DNA from: Camelus ferus
Taxonomy: Eukaryota
Assembly: GCF_009834535.1 (NCBI RefSeq)
Contig: NC_045697.1
Span: 69,256,001 to 69,320,000 of the forward strand
Direction: 5' to 3'
Length of the DNA: 64,000 nucleotides
Each line of letters opens with the position of its first letter. Position 1 is the stretch's first letter. Below are positions 12,295 through 25,875 of this stretch, in pieces. The notes beneath the pieces are model-generated. The model did no database searches. It was not told the DNA's origin and saw nothing but the letters and a program-made list of their open reading frames with translations. The translations under genes and the position numbers were made by a program.

Positions 12295-13590
12295 GTCATT
12301 TAATAAGTACATACCTTCAATATATACTGGGCCCTATGGGGTGCCAGGGACAGAAAGGTGAAAAATATAACAGATGATCTTTTTTCTTAAAGAGCTAACA
12401 GTTGCGGGGCAGTGGGTGGGAAGAGATAAGCAAAACCAAGGCTCAGGCAGAGAGAAAGGGGTGGCGTCTTTGCAGAGACATGTTGCCATAGAAACTCAGA
12501 GGGGAGGCTCAGGGATGCGGAGGGAGGGGTGGTCAGAGGAAGCTTCCTAGGAAGTGACACTTGAACCGTGTTTTAAAGGGAAGGAGAGGGGAAGACCACC
12601 TCCTGTGGAGGAAACAGCTTGTACCAAAGGATCAAAGCCTGAAACAACACGTCCATCAGGAATCTGCAAGCGGGTCACCCAGGGACTTGGGTAGAAATGC
12701 AAATTCTCAGCGGCCGTACCTGCCTCCTCAGAAACTCTGGGGGTGGGGCCCAGCAAGCCTCGTCTTGACAAGCGCCCCAGCTAATGGTGATGCACAGTCC
12801 AGTCTGAGAACCTCGAGGCTAGAGGTGGCTAAGCAGGGGCCTTATCAGGGCAGGCAGCAGTGTGTGTCCTGGGGACCAAGGCACCACCCAGGCTACTCGA
12901 AGCTAACCAAGGATTTTTAGCAAAACAGTGAGTGACAGGATCAGACTGCATTTTAGAAAAATCATTCCAGGACAGCACAGGGAATGAGTTGAAGAGAGGC
13001 AAGACTGCAGGCCATGAGACAAGCTGGGAGGCTACTGCAGTGATCCTGGTGACAGTGACCCCGGCCCAGAAAGGCAGAGGCAATGGCAGGAGGATGAGGA
13101 CAGAAGAGAAGGTTGCGGGGGACTCGGGACTGGGCGGCAGGAAGCACAGGGCATTAGGGTAGGACCATGGATTTCTGAACCAGAATGCCTGGATCTGAAC
13201 CCTAAATATGTGACCAAGGGCAAGTCCCTTACTCTCTATTCCTCAGTTTCCAAATCTATAAAATGGGGATATTCATGTCCATGAAAACTAGCTCCCTGGG
13301 AGCAGGACTCTTGTCTGCTGAGTTCATCCCGTGTCCCCCAACCTTAGAACATGTGTTTTGCAGTCGATCTTAAGTAAGTGTCTGTTGAATAAACAAGTGG
13401 ATTCGTTGCGGGCGATGAGGAAGAGAGAGGAATTGAAGAAAATTCCTAGGCTTTTAGCTGAAGCAACTTGATAGGCTGTGGTGGCCTTCTGTAAGTTAGG
13501 AATACAGGTCGAGGAGAATATTTCAGGAGAAAGATCAATTTTAAAGTTCAGTTTTAGACATGTTACCACTTGGATGAATGTTGGACATAC
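12295..13590. mobile_element. L2 cluster (mostly minus strand) interrupted by MER5A, a MIR (about 13145-13275, +) and a plus-strand L2 tail (about 13285-13400)
   Basis: ggtcagaggaagcttcctaggaagtgacacttgaac; gcattttagaaaaatcattccagg; aagttcagttttagacatgtt; MIR core gtgaccaagggcaagtcccttactctctattcctcagtttcc. Confidence 0.65.
12660..12820. mobile_element. MER5A-like hAT-Charlie element
   Basis: agaaatgcaaattctcag...tcagaaactctgggggtggggcccagcaa...ggtgatgcacagtccagtctgagaacc. Confidence 0.75.
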
Positions 13591-13604
13591 AAATAGAAGT
13601 GCTG

Positions 13605-13745
13605 GAAAGGGGAGGGATATAAATTAGGAGTTTGGGATTAACAGATACACACTACTCTATATAAAATAGATAAACAAGGTCCTACTGTATTACACAGGGA
13701 ACTAAATTCACTATCTTGTAATAACTTATAACGGAAAAGAATACT
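13605..13745 (+). mobile_element. L1 3'UTR fragment (same family as the 21.8 and 51.4 kb copies)
   Basis: ggagggatataaattaggagtttgggattaacagatacacactact...aaggtcctactgta is nearly the reverse complement of about 21930-22050. Confidence 0.85.
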
Positions 13746-14544
13746 GTCTGTGCCTGTGTATCCGTTTTGTTTTTTTAAATTTTGTTGTCTTTTTTAAAAA
13801 ATTTATTTGCTTGGCCAGTAAAATCTACTTTCTTTTCTAAGAATTACAGTGACATTTACATATTTTCTGGGGGAAAAAGCGACTCTGTTACTAAATAAAC
13901 ATTGCTGCCATTATAGTCAATGTATAATTTACATGAGTCAATGTATAATTCTTTCATTTAAAAATGTTCTCATTTAAATGTAAATATTAAAAACACTTCA
14001 AAGAAATAACTGCATATTTCAGGTGAATTTCGGTAAACATGGTGCCTCAGTTAGAAATAAATGTTACAGAATCCCAGGGGAATGTAACTTCAATTTTTCC
14101 AGCATTACACAGAATGAGCGGAATGGTGGTGCCTCCCCCTCTGCCCCCATCACCCACTCTCACACACCCTCCTCCCACCACATGCAGGCAAAGGCACTAC
14201 AGAAAACTATATTCAGAGTACACTGACCTCTTGTTAGAATTCAGAATGTTTAAAATGAAATCTTACTGATAATATTCATAACAAAGGCATTCAAGAAATC
14301 ATCTTTGAGAACCACAAGTTCATGTTAAAACAGAACTGAATTTTCTCCCCTTGGGTCTTTGAAATGTTAAGTAAGTTCTAAGAGAAATAAGCCACATCCT
14401 ACAAATGCCATGAAGGCTTCTTAACAGCTATTACAGGACTTAGAATTCTGATCCAATTAAATAAGCACCAAAAAGAATGACACTAGGTACCTTCACTTCA
14501 AGCTCTTTTTTCACATGTCCACACTCATGTTTAAAATCCCCTCA

Positions 14545-14695
14545 GGAGTGATGGAATTGTTCGGCATCTGGACTGTGGTGGTGGTTTCATGGGTGTGCAC
14601 ATCCATCAAAATTCATCAAACTGCACATCTGAAATACGTGTAATTTACTGTGCAGAAATTACACCACAAAAAAGTTGTTTAAAAAATAAAATAAA
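14545..14695 (+). mobile_element. Old L1 (L1M-type) 3' terminus
   Basis: gtgatggaattgttc...tgtggtggtggtttcatgggtgtg...tcaaaattcatcaaactgcaca...aaagttgtttaaaa. Confidence 0.75.
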
Positions 14696-15709
14696 ATCCC
14701 CTTAATATTTTCCCTGGATTGACATCATCTTTCTGACGTTTTATATTCAACCGCAACCTAAAACATCTTGCAAGATGAATGCAGGATACAGGCAACACAC
14801 CCCGGAGACCCGAACCCACTGATTATCCGTCGAAGGCGGCCGGCAGTGAGTCCTCTGCTGGGGATGACAAATAAAACTCCGCATAAAATGTCCCATACAC
14901 TGAGGCGTCTTTGATCCATCTCACTGGCTCAATGACTCACAAAGGATGGGGAGGGAGAAGGTCTGAAAACAAAAGGGCAGACTGCCGGCACCATTTAGTT
15001 ATTTATTCTGTATGTTCAGCTCAGTTTTTCCTCTTTCCAACTTTTCATGACACTATAAAAAGAAATGGAATGGATTCTTTTCAACCAAGACCATCAGCCC
15101 TGCATACTAAGGAGGAGAGTATTGGCTTAACACAGTACCCGTATGAACCACTGACTATCAACCTGCTCTCTCTAGTTAGGTATTTTTAACAGGGGGATTG
15201 GGTTTTGACAAATCACTCTTTTGTACTGTTCTTTTATGTAAGAGTTTATTCCACAGCTCTTGCAAATTAATTTACAGAGAGGACAAGCTGTAGCCAAACC
15301 ATTTGGTGCTTCAGGATGGAAGGCCGGGTTCTCAACAGACACTGCCTTGGAAACTATCCATGTATGTGCACTCTGGAATGTTCCTTTTCTATCAGAGCTG
15401 TTTGGAAGTGTCTCAAGATGAACAGCAGCGTGAATGATGTGTGAATACACCGCACCTATTTCCTCTGGTTCAAAGATGCCCACAACTTTTTGTTCTCCAA
15501 ACAAAAGCTGCATGACATTAAAATAATTTGAAGACATAACAACGTGCTAGAGATCAACATGCTTCTAAAGTGATTTATTAATTCAGAAGAATGTAAAAGA
15601 GGAATATGGAAATAGGAATATTTTTAAAGACTAAGACCGTTCGTATTTTCCTCAAGTGAAAAGGGGTCATATAAAGGAACTCAATGAGTCATGAATAGTA
15701 ACACAATTA

Positions 15710-15895
15710 AATGAGCACGGCCTTTGGTGACAAACTATGGTTCAAATCACAGCACTTACTAGATACAAGTTGACAGTCTCAACTTTCTCACCTGTAAATG
15801 GAGGCAGTAATAACATCCTTATAGGACTGATGTGAGAGTTTGAGTTAAGGTCTGTGTTTTGTGTGTGGTAGAAACTCAATAAACAGGTTATCATT
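15710..15895 (+). mobile_element. MIR SINE
   Basis: ggttcaaatcacagcacttactag...tctcacctgtaaatggaggcagtaataacatccttatagg. Confidence 0.7.
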
Positions 15896-18334
15896 GCAAT
15901 TAACAACGTCATGGAAAAAGCCGCTTTCTTAAGCATCAGAGAGGCTCACTTTTCAGATAACAAAAGGTATTCATCATGTCATCTGTGCATTAGTCAATTA
16001 ATCTAGCAGATTTTTTTTTTTTTACTGGAACCGAAATACTATATACTGTGGGAAAAAAAGATTACAAAACTGATTTTAAATCTTTCTCTTTTTTTCCCCT
16101 CCTTTTCAAGAAACTTCTTTTCATTCTCAATGTAAGTTTTCATTTAAAGCTGTTTAACCGGAGAGGGTCGCCATGGGAAAGTAAACCACTGACAGTATGC
16201 AGTAGGTTCACACTAATTTACAGAGGTAGCATGATGCTTATGAAAAATAAGCTGGCTAGAAGCCCACGGTTTGCCCTTGAGCCTCAGCCAGCAGGGAAGT
16301 TTGATGCAGTGTAATTAGTGAATGAAGAGACCCTGGGTGATTCATTAGTGCTCCATGTCAATCGCATCAGACAGGCTTTCAGCCAGAAATGTACAAGAAG
16401 CTGCCTGATTTTAACTTCCTCATCTCAAAACTGACTTCTGTGTGAACGTGACTTTGTTGAGCACTTTAAATATTGAAGGAAGATTTTTCTCCAAATCTCT
16501 TTTAAGACAAATCCTGCTTCCTTTGACATACATTTAAATGGTAAATGGCAGACTGGATAGGGAACAATCAAAATAAGGAAGCTTGTGTGCAAACTCTCTG
16601 AGCACCGAATTGAACTAAACTCACTTCCCAAGTCCCTGATAAGTGTCTGATGCTCAAAAGAGAAAAATGTGCCTATGGATGAACAGATTTACTATACAAA
16701 CCCAAGTATCCATCAGCCTTTCAAAAAAGAAAGTCATTATAAAAACTGCATCAGTAACTTCTACTAGATTTTATTATTCAGTGATCAGTGGGTTATTTAT
16801 CTTTTCACTGTTTGTATCACTAGGTGTTAAGTAATTTGCTTTTAACTCATAATCCTCTAGGTATTTCTGCTATGCATTTTATCCGTGGATTTCACTATGT
16901 CTAGATCCATTGGTTTATACTGCTGCACAGACAGTTCTCTGCTGTTATTATTTCAGTCAAGCGTCTTAAATTCAATTTAAAGGAGAATGAAATAACTTTC
17001 CTAAATTAAATCAGTCCCTTTAAATGAGGTCAACCTTTGGGTAGATGATTTGTGTAAACATAAAATGGGTCCTACATTCCTCTAAATTTCATCAGTAGTC
17101 AGGATCTCAGAACTGGGCTCCAAACATGAGACAGGGTGTATAGTAAAGACATAAATATTCTATTCTGGCTTATATCATATTTTTCATTGTAGATGAAAGG
17201 CTCTACATGAGTAATGCTGTGTATAAATACCCTCACACAGAGGATCTACAGAACGGTGTACACACCCATGGAACACATCTAAAAACATCTTCCATTATAA
17301 AATGCAGGTCTCATAGGCTAAAATCATTATCTGTTCCATGCTTCAAGAGCTGATGTTTAAAGGTACCAGGCTGTGCTTAATCAGAGAGGAAGCTGTTACT
17401 GATCTCTGCTCATACTCAGCTGGAGCTGAAAGGAACCTCAGATCTATCAAAGTCATGTCGGAAAACAGGAAATTGAGGATCTCCACGTAGAAGCTGGAAT
17501 CCCAATGCCCACCCAGTACTATCCTTTCTCAGACACACAGGAGTCCAAGGCAGCCCAGCCGACCAAGACCTCTGATCTGGGCAGTGGTCACAGCAAGAAG
17601 CTCCCGCTCCCAAGAGTCCACACACAAACCTAATTTCACAGCTTTCAAATGTCAGCACAAAGGCAGCAAAGCACCCAAGGCACCATACAATTTCTTAACA
17701 AACACCTCGGAGTCTGGGTCCCAGAGTGATGGGTAGGACACCCTGCTACACGCACAGGTTGATAAAATGACCACAGGGACCAAGCCCTGATGGCACGTGC
17801 CATCTAGTCACAAAGATGATAGGGATCAATTATTGATATACAAGCCAATTTGCAGCAGAAGCCATCAATGAGACTGAAGGAAAATGGCAAGTTCAGAGAA
17901 GGCCACCAGGTGCCAAGATGAGGGAGGGTTTCATGAGGGGGCACGGGTCTCAAGGGAGGGTGAGAATCTCAAGAAACAGATGGAGAGATTTCTGGATCCA
18001 TGGGTTTTCAACCAGCAAGTTTAGTGGGTCAGACCAGTATTTTCTACACAGGACAGACTGTATCTCGTGTGGCGAGATGACGTGCTGCTTCAAGAAGCTT
18101 TTGTTTCATGTGTAAAATGTATTTCTTATTGAGGGTCTTGGTCAAAAAGTTTGAAAGTTTTATGGAAAATGAAGCGTGAAACTGGCTGGCTGGCCAGAAA
18201 ACAGCAACTTGGTTATGAGGTCACTCTAAGCCAGACTATGGAGGGTCTAGAACATGGCATCAAAGAATCTGGATTTTATGTTGTAAAGACAGAGAAGTCA
18301 TTATAGGTTTTTAGCCTGTCACTTTTTTTATTTT

Positions 18335-18515
18335 TAAGTTTTATTGACACCTACTGTGATTAGTATCTCACACACACGATCTCACCTGATGGTGACAACC
18401 ATCCTTTGAAGTGGGTATTATCATCTCCATTTTAGAGGAGGAAAGTGAGAATCAGACAGATTATATAACCAGTCCATAAAATGAAGCCAGGTCTTTTCAC
18501 TTCAAAGCTCTTAAT
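18335..18515 (-). mobile_element. MIR SINE
   Basis: gtgggtattatcatctccattttagaggaggaaagtgagaatcaga. Confidence 0.7.
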
Positions 18516-21500
18516 GTTTAAAAAGAAACGAACCAAAATTATGAACTGATCAGAGCTAGGCTTTAGGCATATTAATCTTGCACCTTCAAACAGCTAAACT
18601 GAATAGACTTTAGACAACTACATTATGAGAGGGTTTTTTTTGATGACTCAGTTTCAGAATTTAAGACCCATTTAAATACAATCTCAGGAGAAAATCACAC
18701 CAAAATCCACAGTTAAAACTGCTCTTTCTTAATGACCCTAAAGAGATCTGAGTGCAGGTTCTTACTTCTCAACACTCCATTAGTAGCCCTTTTATTTCAT
18801 TCCACAGCAACGAAGTTAATGACTGTTATCACTTGAAAAATTCTTTGAAGAAAATACAAAAATAGGTGCAAATGCATAAGTCTGCCTAAAGCAGAAAAAC
18901 GCTAACTAATATAAAAGCAGCAACCCACTGCTTCCCTCAGACTCACTCACTCGGGCCCTCTGTTCTCACACTCAGATGCGCTGTCTGATCCCACCTACCT
19001 CGGGGACAACTGTGATGACGAATGGTGTGATCTGTGGAGAGGACAGATCTCCCAGGGAAAGGCAGGCTGGAGAAAAGCCCGGATATTACCACCGGGAGGG
19101 CTGGTGCTGAGAACTTGCCAAGAGTCGACTTCCTAATATAAAAATGTGAAAAAGAAATAACAGTAGGTAGAGTAACGGTGTGTCTAATTTAATGGGGGAA
19201 AAAGTTAAGACTTTGTAAGTGGTGATATCTGCTAAATAGAATTCGGTAGGAGTACTGAGCGGTCAAAGAAAGAAAATGCGCTTCTCCCTTTCTGCGAAAA
19301 AAGCACAGCAATAAAGAATCGAAGAAGCTGTCCACAAAGCCCAAACAACCCGGCTGCCCACGGCTTGGAGAAACCAGGATGGTAAGTGTTTCTCTGCCCA
19401 GTGTGTGAGCTGGACAGAGAATGTGTACTGAGTAGCCAGCAAATCAGAAAAATCAGTGGAGCACAGGCTTCTGCTCTGCACACTCTCATCTAGTCGCTGC
19501 TTCTTGACTGACATATGGACCTTCTTCAAAAGAAAAAAACTGACTCTTAGTGTTGACTTAATTTACTTTTACTAAAATACTCCTGAAACAGAAACAGAAA
19601 ACTGGTATAAAATCCCCAATACATTTATAAATCAACTCCAAACACTATCAAACCAACAAAAATTCAAACTAGTCACAGTAACTAAATCTAATGGATGACG
19701 TTTTTTGCTGCCACTAAAACACTGCTGTAGCCTCTACTTGGTTCGATCTTTAATCCGTTTTGCAATTTTGACTTTCATAAATGTTTATGTAGAGAACACT
19801 TGTGTATGTAAGTATGTTGAATAAAACAGCCAAAAACCCAGAGGCCAAATTGGGATGATCAGGCCTCATACTTAACCCAAAGTCAGCCAACTATAATAAG
19901 ATGTCATGATAACTACAGAGCTCTCTGCTTCACTTCAGAGGTAGCACTGCAGTATTACCAAAATCTGCATTTTTCCAGCTTTACTGAGGTATAATTGTAC
20001 CCTTCAAATAGACAGAATTTAAAGCCATTTCCACTTTCCCAGCTGCACTCTCTCCAGCCGTGCTCAGGGTACATGAGTGGGAGCAAGGCGACGGGCGGGG
20101 ATGGACTTAGGAAGAAGGAAATGGGGGTTAATCTGAGGAAGAGATACTTAGAAGCAACAAAGATTCTGTCTTTCCATTTGCAGATTAAACTAGAGGGGTT
20201 ATTAGAGTCACACGGGATTACACAGCTGTTATATTCTTTACTAGAATTACTGACCCCTTATGATGCACCAGCGACGATCTTAGTGCTTTTAATACATTAT
20301 CTAATTTAATCCTGCCACAACCCCATTAGGCAGGTGCCCCATTTAACAGATGAGGAGGCTAAGGTGTGAAGGAGGTTATGTAACTGATTTTAGATCTTTC
20401 ACTGCGAGATCCTGTGCTCCCCACCAAGCCCTCGCCACCCTCCCAATGTGCTAATGCCCGAACCAACACTCAGGTCTGTCTCTCCAATGCTGTCTCTCCC
20501 TGCCAGAAGTGGGTAAGAACCCCATCCGCAGCCAGATCCCTCTGTGTTCTGTCACCTGGCTCTAGTTCCATTTCCTCCGTGGCACTGTGATTTAAGTGCA
20601 GCACTGCTCCCCAGGAAGAGATGTCGGGGGTTGACCTCCTGTGCTCTGGGCCAGGCTAGCTGGATTCCAGCTGACTGCAGGACAAAAGGGGCCTGGGGGC
20701 TGCGTGGCCACCTGTAAGGGGCTCAGTGTGATGCCCAGCATGGATTTTTTCTAGAGCATGAGCAGCAATAGGGGAAAGCACACTCTCCAGAAGGCTTGGG
20801 CCTCTCACACTCGTAGGCCAACCACATTCAGATCCAACCGAGAACACAGACTGTTCCAAGGCCACAGAGCTCAAGGCCTGAAAGGGACGATGTGTCAAAG
20901 GCTCCAGAGGCAACTGTTCACTATGAAATTGCTCCATTTTCAAAACAATGACTCTGCACACTTCCCCTCTCAGGGTCCAGCCAAAGAGCAAGAGTTGCTA
21001 CTTCATGGCCATCCTGCCTACTATCGCATTCTTGGCCACCAACAGGTCTGGCCTGGGATAGAGAAACCCAGGGGTTGCCTCTGGCTGAGGGAGACAGGAT
21101 GGGGAGGTCACACCAGTTTGCTATGTTAGCTCCTTTGTCTGCTAGAGGGTCCCCAGATGGGCAGGGAGGGGGCCAAGGACCACTGGTCTGGGCTTTCCCC
21201 TCACATCTAAGATCCACATCTGTATGATTACTGCAACCTGCAGCTCCAAGCAGCAGACACACAGCCATAAACTAGTCAGTCTCCCCCGCTGCTGGCTTTG
21301 TACACACACACACTACTGTTCAGTGAAACATTAGCATCTTTGGAATGCATGACATAGGAATTCCTTCTAAATTAATATTTTTACACTTTGTATCAGTTTA
21401 TGTTGAAATATTTATCAAAACGTCCTGTGACTGCCTATACAGGAATTATTCAAATTTATTCCATTATGCTGTTTGTTTTGTGCCAATTTTTACTGATAAA

Positions 21501-21800
21501 TTTCCTTTGACTATAAAAGAATTCATTCGAATTTATTTGATATTACAGTTTGCTTTTGCATTACCATTATTCACCAAAATACTATACAGGTGTGTGCTTT
21601 TTTAAAGTTCTGCATATGTGATTTAAAATGTCACATATCTATCAATGTATTACCTACTAAGTACCCATGAGTTTCCTATATTATCTGTATGACTTAATAG
21701 TTGGTGGAGGGCTATACAATATTATTGTTTATCCAGATGTTATGATTTCCTGTTAGACTTCAGTATAATTTTTGCATAAACAAAATTCCCCCACAAAACA

Positions 21801-22328
21801 TTTTTTAATTAAAAAAATTTTTATATAGAAGTATAATTGATTTGCATGCTGTATTAGTTTCAGGTGTACAGCAAAGTGATTTAGTAATACACCCACATAT
21901 AAATATTCTCCTTCAGATTTTTTTCCATTATAGGTTATTACAAGATACTAAATATAGTTCCATGTGCTGTACAGTAGGTCCTTGTTGTTTATCTATTTTA
22001 TATACAGTAGTCTGTATCTGTTAATCCCAAACTCCTAATTTATCCCTCCTCCTACCCTTCCCCTTTGGTAATCAAAAATTTGTTTTCTATGTCTGTGAGT
22101 CTATTTGTTTTGTAAATAAGTTCCTTCATATCATTTTTTAGATTCCACGTAAGTAATATCAGATGATATTATTCTTTCTCTGTCTGATTTACTACACTTA
22201 CTATGATAATCTCTACATCCAACCAAGTTGCTGCAAATGGCATTATTTCATTCTTTTTTATGGCTGAGTAATATTCCTGTGTGTGTGTGTGAGAGTGTGA
22301 GAGAGAGAGAGAGTGTGAGAGAGAGAGA

Positions 22329-22395
<67 letters not shown>

Positions 22396-22490
22396 CTTCT
22401 TTATCCAGTCATCTATTGATGGGCATTTAGGTTGCTTCCATGTCTTGGCTATTGTAAATAGTGCTGCTGTGAACACTGGGGTGCATGTAT
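21801..22490 (-). mobile_element. 5'-truncated L1 (ORF2 C-terminus plus 3'UTR) with target-site duplication
   Basis: The minus frame encodes DTCTPVFTAALFTIAKTWKQPKCPSIDDWIKK (L1 ORF2 C-terminus). It is flanked by ccccacaaaaca at 21789-21800 and 22491-22502. Confidence 0.92.
22278..22390. repeat. Compound (TG)n/(GA)n microsatellite inside the L1
   Basis: Directly visible: tgtgtg..., then an interrupted and finally a long pure (GA)n tract. Confidence 0.97.
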
Positions 22491-23037
22491 CCCCACAAAA
22501 CACTTTTAAGTCACTTTCAATACATTTGTTTGAAGTACTTACACCTTTTTTCCCAAATAACTGTTTGTAGTATTTGTAAAAATTAGAGTATCTCTTACAC
22601 ATCTCTGTTTTTTTATACTGCATCCAAAACAGCAGAGGGAAGAGGTCCAGGAGCCAAAAGCCTCTCCCAGACTTCTCTGCCTGGACAGAATCCTAAACTC
22701 CTTATCCTATCTCAGAGGCAGTGGGATCTGAGGTTCCCCAAAACACAAACAGCCTTGGGATCAAGGCACATCCAGATCCTTCTATTCACATGACTGCCAT
22801 CAGTCCACTCCTCCCCAAACCACACGGGTCTCAATATGGCAGATGGGGTAAAATTGGCAACGTCTAGGATGGGAGAGCAATAAAAAGTTTACAGGTCATT
22901 CATCTCTCAACATCATGTTCCCTTCCGATTTCTTTTTCCTGACAACCTTTTGTATTTTGTAATACTCTTGGGGGGAACAAAGAACAGTGAGTAAAAACTT
23001 ATGTAATTTATGCAAACAAAATTGTAATTGACAAACC

Positions 23038-23550
23038 GTGGTAGGCAGCCTCACAACGGCCTCTAATGGTCCCCACCTCCTGGTATTCACAGCCTCATGT
23101 AGTCCAGTCCCTCCTACAACACAATACCTGGGTTGCTTACAAAACCAACAGAATTCAATGGAAGTGGTGGGCTGTCATGCCTAAGATGAGCTTATAAAAG
23201 ATCCTGGCTTGTATCTTGGTCACTTGCTGCTACGAGTTCTCTCTCTCAGATCAACACGGTGCTAAGGGAAGCCATGCTGTGAGCAGCCCTATAGAGAGGA
23301 CAGAACTGAAGCCTCCTGCCAACCCACACATGAGTGAATCTGAAGGCAGACCCTCCAGCACCAGTCAAGTCTCCAGACGACTACAGCCTCAACTCACAGC
23401 TTGACTGCAACTTCACGAGAGAACTAAGCCATCAAGCCAGCTACGCCATTCTCAGATTCCTGACTCTCCAATCACATGAAATAATAAAAGTACCCACTTC
23501 AAGTGGGTAAGTTTGGGGGTAATTTGTTCTACAGCAATAAGTAACTAATA
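23038..23550 (+). mobile_element. MaLR LTR (MLT1-type solo LTR)
   Basis: Starts gtggtaggcagcct...ccccacctcctggtattcac and ends aagtttgggggtaatttgttctacagcaataagtaactaata; aataaa at about 23483. Confidence 0.85.
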
Positions 23551-23957
23551 TACATAGGTTTTCATAGTCTTCCTTGAGCTTTCTTCTGTTATTAAAGTTT
23601 CCATGACAAACATCATTTACTTTTGCAAACAGAGTCTAAAGTAATGTCTTAAAAACCTTCATCCTGTAAAAGGCTATGTGTGAGCATGACTTCCCAGGCA
23701 AAGATGGAGTTGGCTGTCTAATGTGGTAAATTCCCTCTGTCTCATGTCTTTTGATTCCTGGGCTGAAAACCATCCAGAGCACAGGCTTGATGGAGATGCT
23801 GCATAGCAGATGTGAGCATGGATAACGGTGATTCAAAATAGACTGCTTCGATCCTAAGATTCTACTGACACCTAAACATTCCCAACCGGTCTTGTTTTCC
23901 CTCCTCAAAAAAATCTATCCAAGATGCAATTTCACTCAGAAAATATAATCAAAACCA

Positions 23958-24685
23958 CTACAGAAAACAGTATTGAATTTCCTCAAAAAACTAAAAATAG
24001 AACTACCATACAATCCAGTAGTTCCACTTTTGGGTATTTTTCTGAAGGAAACAAAAACACTAATTCAAAATGATATATGCACCCCTACATTCACTGCAGC
24101 ATTATTTACATTAGCCAAGATATGGAAGCAACCTAAGTGCCCATCAATACATGAAGTTAAAGAAGATGTGATGTCTGTATGTATGGGGTGGGTGTGTGTA
24201 TACATAACACATACATATATAAATATATAAAATGGAATATTACTCGGCCATAAAAAATGAAATCTTGCCATTATGACAACATGGATAGATCTTAAGGGTA
24301 TTATACTAAGTGAAACGAAGACAAAACACTATATAATTTCACTTATATGTGGAATCTAAAAACAAAACTAATGAACAAACGTAACAAAACAGAAACAGTC
24401 ATAGATATAGAGAACAAACAGGTGGTTGCCAGAGGGGAAGGGTATGGGAGATGAGCAAAATAGGTAAGGGAGATTAAGAAGTACAAATTTCCAGTTATAG
24501 ACTAAATCACAGGGATGAAATGTACAGCATGGGGAATAAGTCAATAATACTGTAATAACTGTACGGTGACAGATGATAACTAGACTTACTGTGGTGATCA
24601 TTTTGTAATGTACAGAAATAACAAATCACTATGATATGCACTAGGAACTAACACAGTGTTTGTAAATCAATTTTACTTCAACTTT
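23958..24685 (+). mobile_element. L1 (L1MA-like) ORF2 end plus 3'UTR
   Basis: The ORF at 23973-24230 reads LKKLKIELPYNPVVPLLGI...CTPTFTAALFTLAKIWKQPKCPS (L1 ORF2 C-terminus), followed by a typical 3'UTR. Confidence 0.92.
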
Positions 24686-25739
24686 TAAAAGTTTGATAAC
24701 AGAAAAAAAACTTTTAAAAATATTTCACACTGTATTCATATATCAAATCATCACTTTATATACCTTAAGTATATACAATTGTTATTTGTCAATTACACCC
24801 CAATTAAATATATACATATAGATTATTACCCAAGATACTATGATCTATTATTACTTTCATTGTTGACTGAGGGCTGCAGAGGATATAGATTTAAATCAAA
24901 GAGATATTTAGGATTAGCTTTTCAAAGAACTTCTTGCCAAGAAAACTTGTCACACAACCACGTGGGATGAACAATTACCCTGCCCCTGGGTGGCATCACG
25001 AGGTGGCACAATGACAATGGGCCTCAGCTTCAGCAAGTAGAGGTTCATAACCAGCTTCCATTTCCTTCTGGCTGTGTGACTTTGGATAATCACTATACCT
25101 CTCTGAAGCTCTGCTTCCTCACCCATAAAGTAGTGATAGCACCACCTGCCTTGGAGGTGTGCAGCTGGCCGCATTCCTTCCTTTTCTAGACAGAATGGAG
25201 AAAACCACATTCCTAGACCCTTTCTAGCCATAAGACTCTCTGGTACAGGCTTACACTGGCTTGAGATAGATAGCTGTGGATTCATATCCACCAACCTTCC
25301 TTCTCTCTTGGCAGACTCTGAGACTCACTTCCTGAATGATCCTCTCAGGAAGACATGCATCCCTTTCTCCTGGAAAGAAACGTGAAGTAAGGCAGGAAGC
25401 TAAATCTCACAAAGAACACACCACGAACGAGTTGGGTCCTTGTAAAGCAAATCATCTCACCCCTCTGGGCCTTGGTAATCTTGTCAGGATGTGTTGGGGA
25501 TGGGATAAATGATTATAAAGGTCATTTCTACCTCTAAAAGCCTAGATTCTAATTTAGGGTGCTACGGAGAAAGTTTCAGAAGGCTTTACGTGTTATGACG
25601 GGGTTTTTGTTTAAGGGATAGATATTGCCACAGTTTTGCTCTCACTCTCCTCGCTCTTAATTTACCTCCATGTAAAATATTCTCATTCCCTTCGCAAAAC
25701 AAAATGACTAAGGCAGGCTGGAGGCTGACAGCTAGCAGG

Positions 25740-25875
25740 CTACTCTTAGGCAAGTCTCCCAACCTCTCTGTGCATCATTTTCCTCATCTGTGAGAAAGAA
25801 ATAAGTGTGCCGTACCTGATAGGGGTCCTGTGACGATTAAGTGAGTCAATGTATGTAAAGAGCTTAGAACACACA
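25740..25875 (+). mobile_element. MIR SINE
   Basis: cttaggcaagtctcccaacctctctgtgcatcattttcctcatctgtga...gattaagtgagtcaatgtatgtaaagagcttagaaca. Confidence 0.8.

Noticed and set aside
19370..19390. Strong plus-strand donor (atg|gtaagt)
   Set aside because: Isolated motif with no supportable partner exon; expected by chance in 64 kb.
22228..22570. ORFs with ERERER or SLSLSL repeats
   Set aside because: These are translations of the (GA)n microsatellite.
23973..24230. ORF with recognisable protein similarity
   Set aside because: It is a degenerate L1 ORF2 C-terminal remnant, not a host gene.
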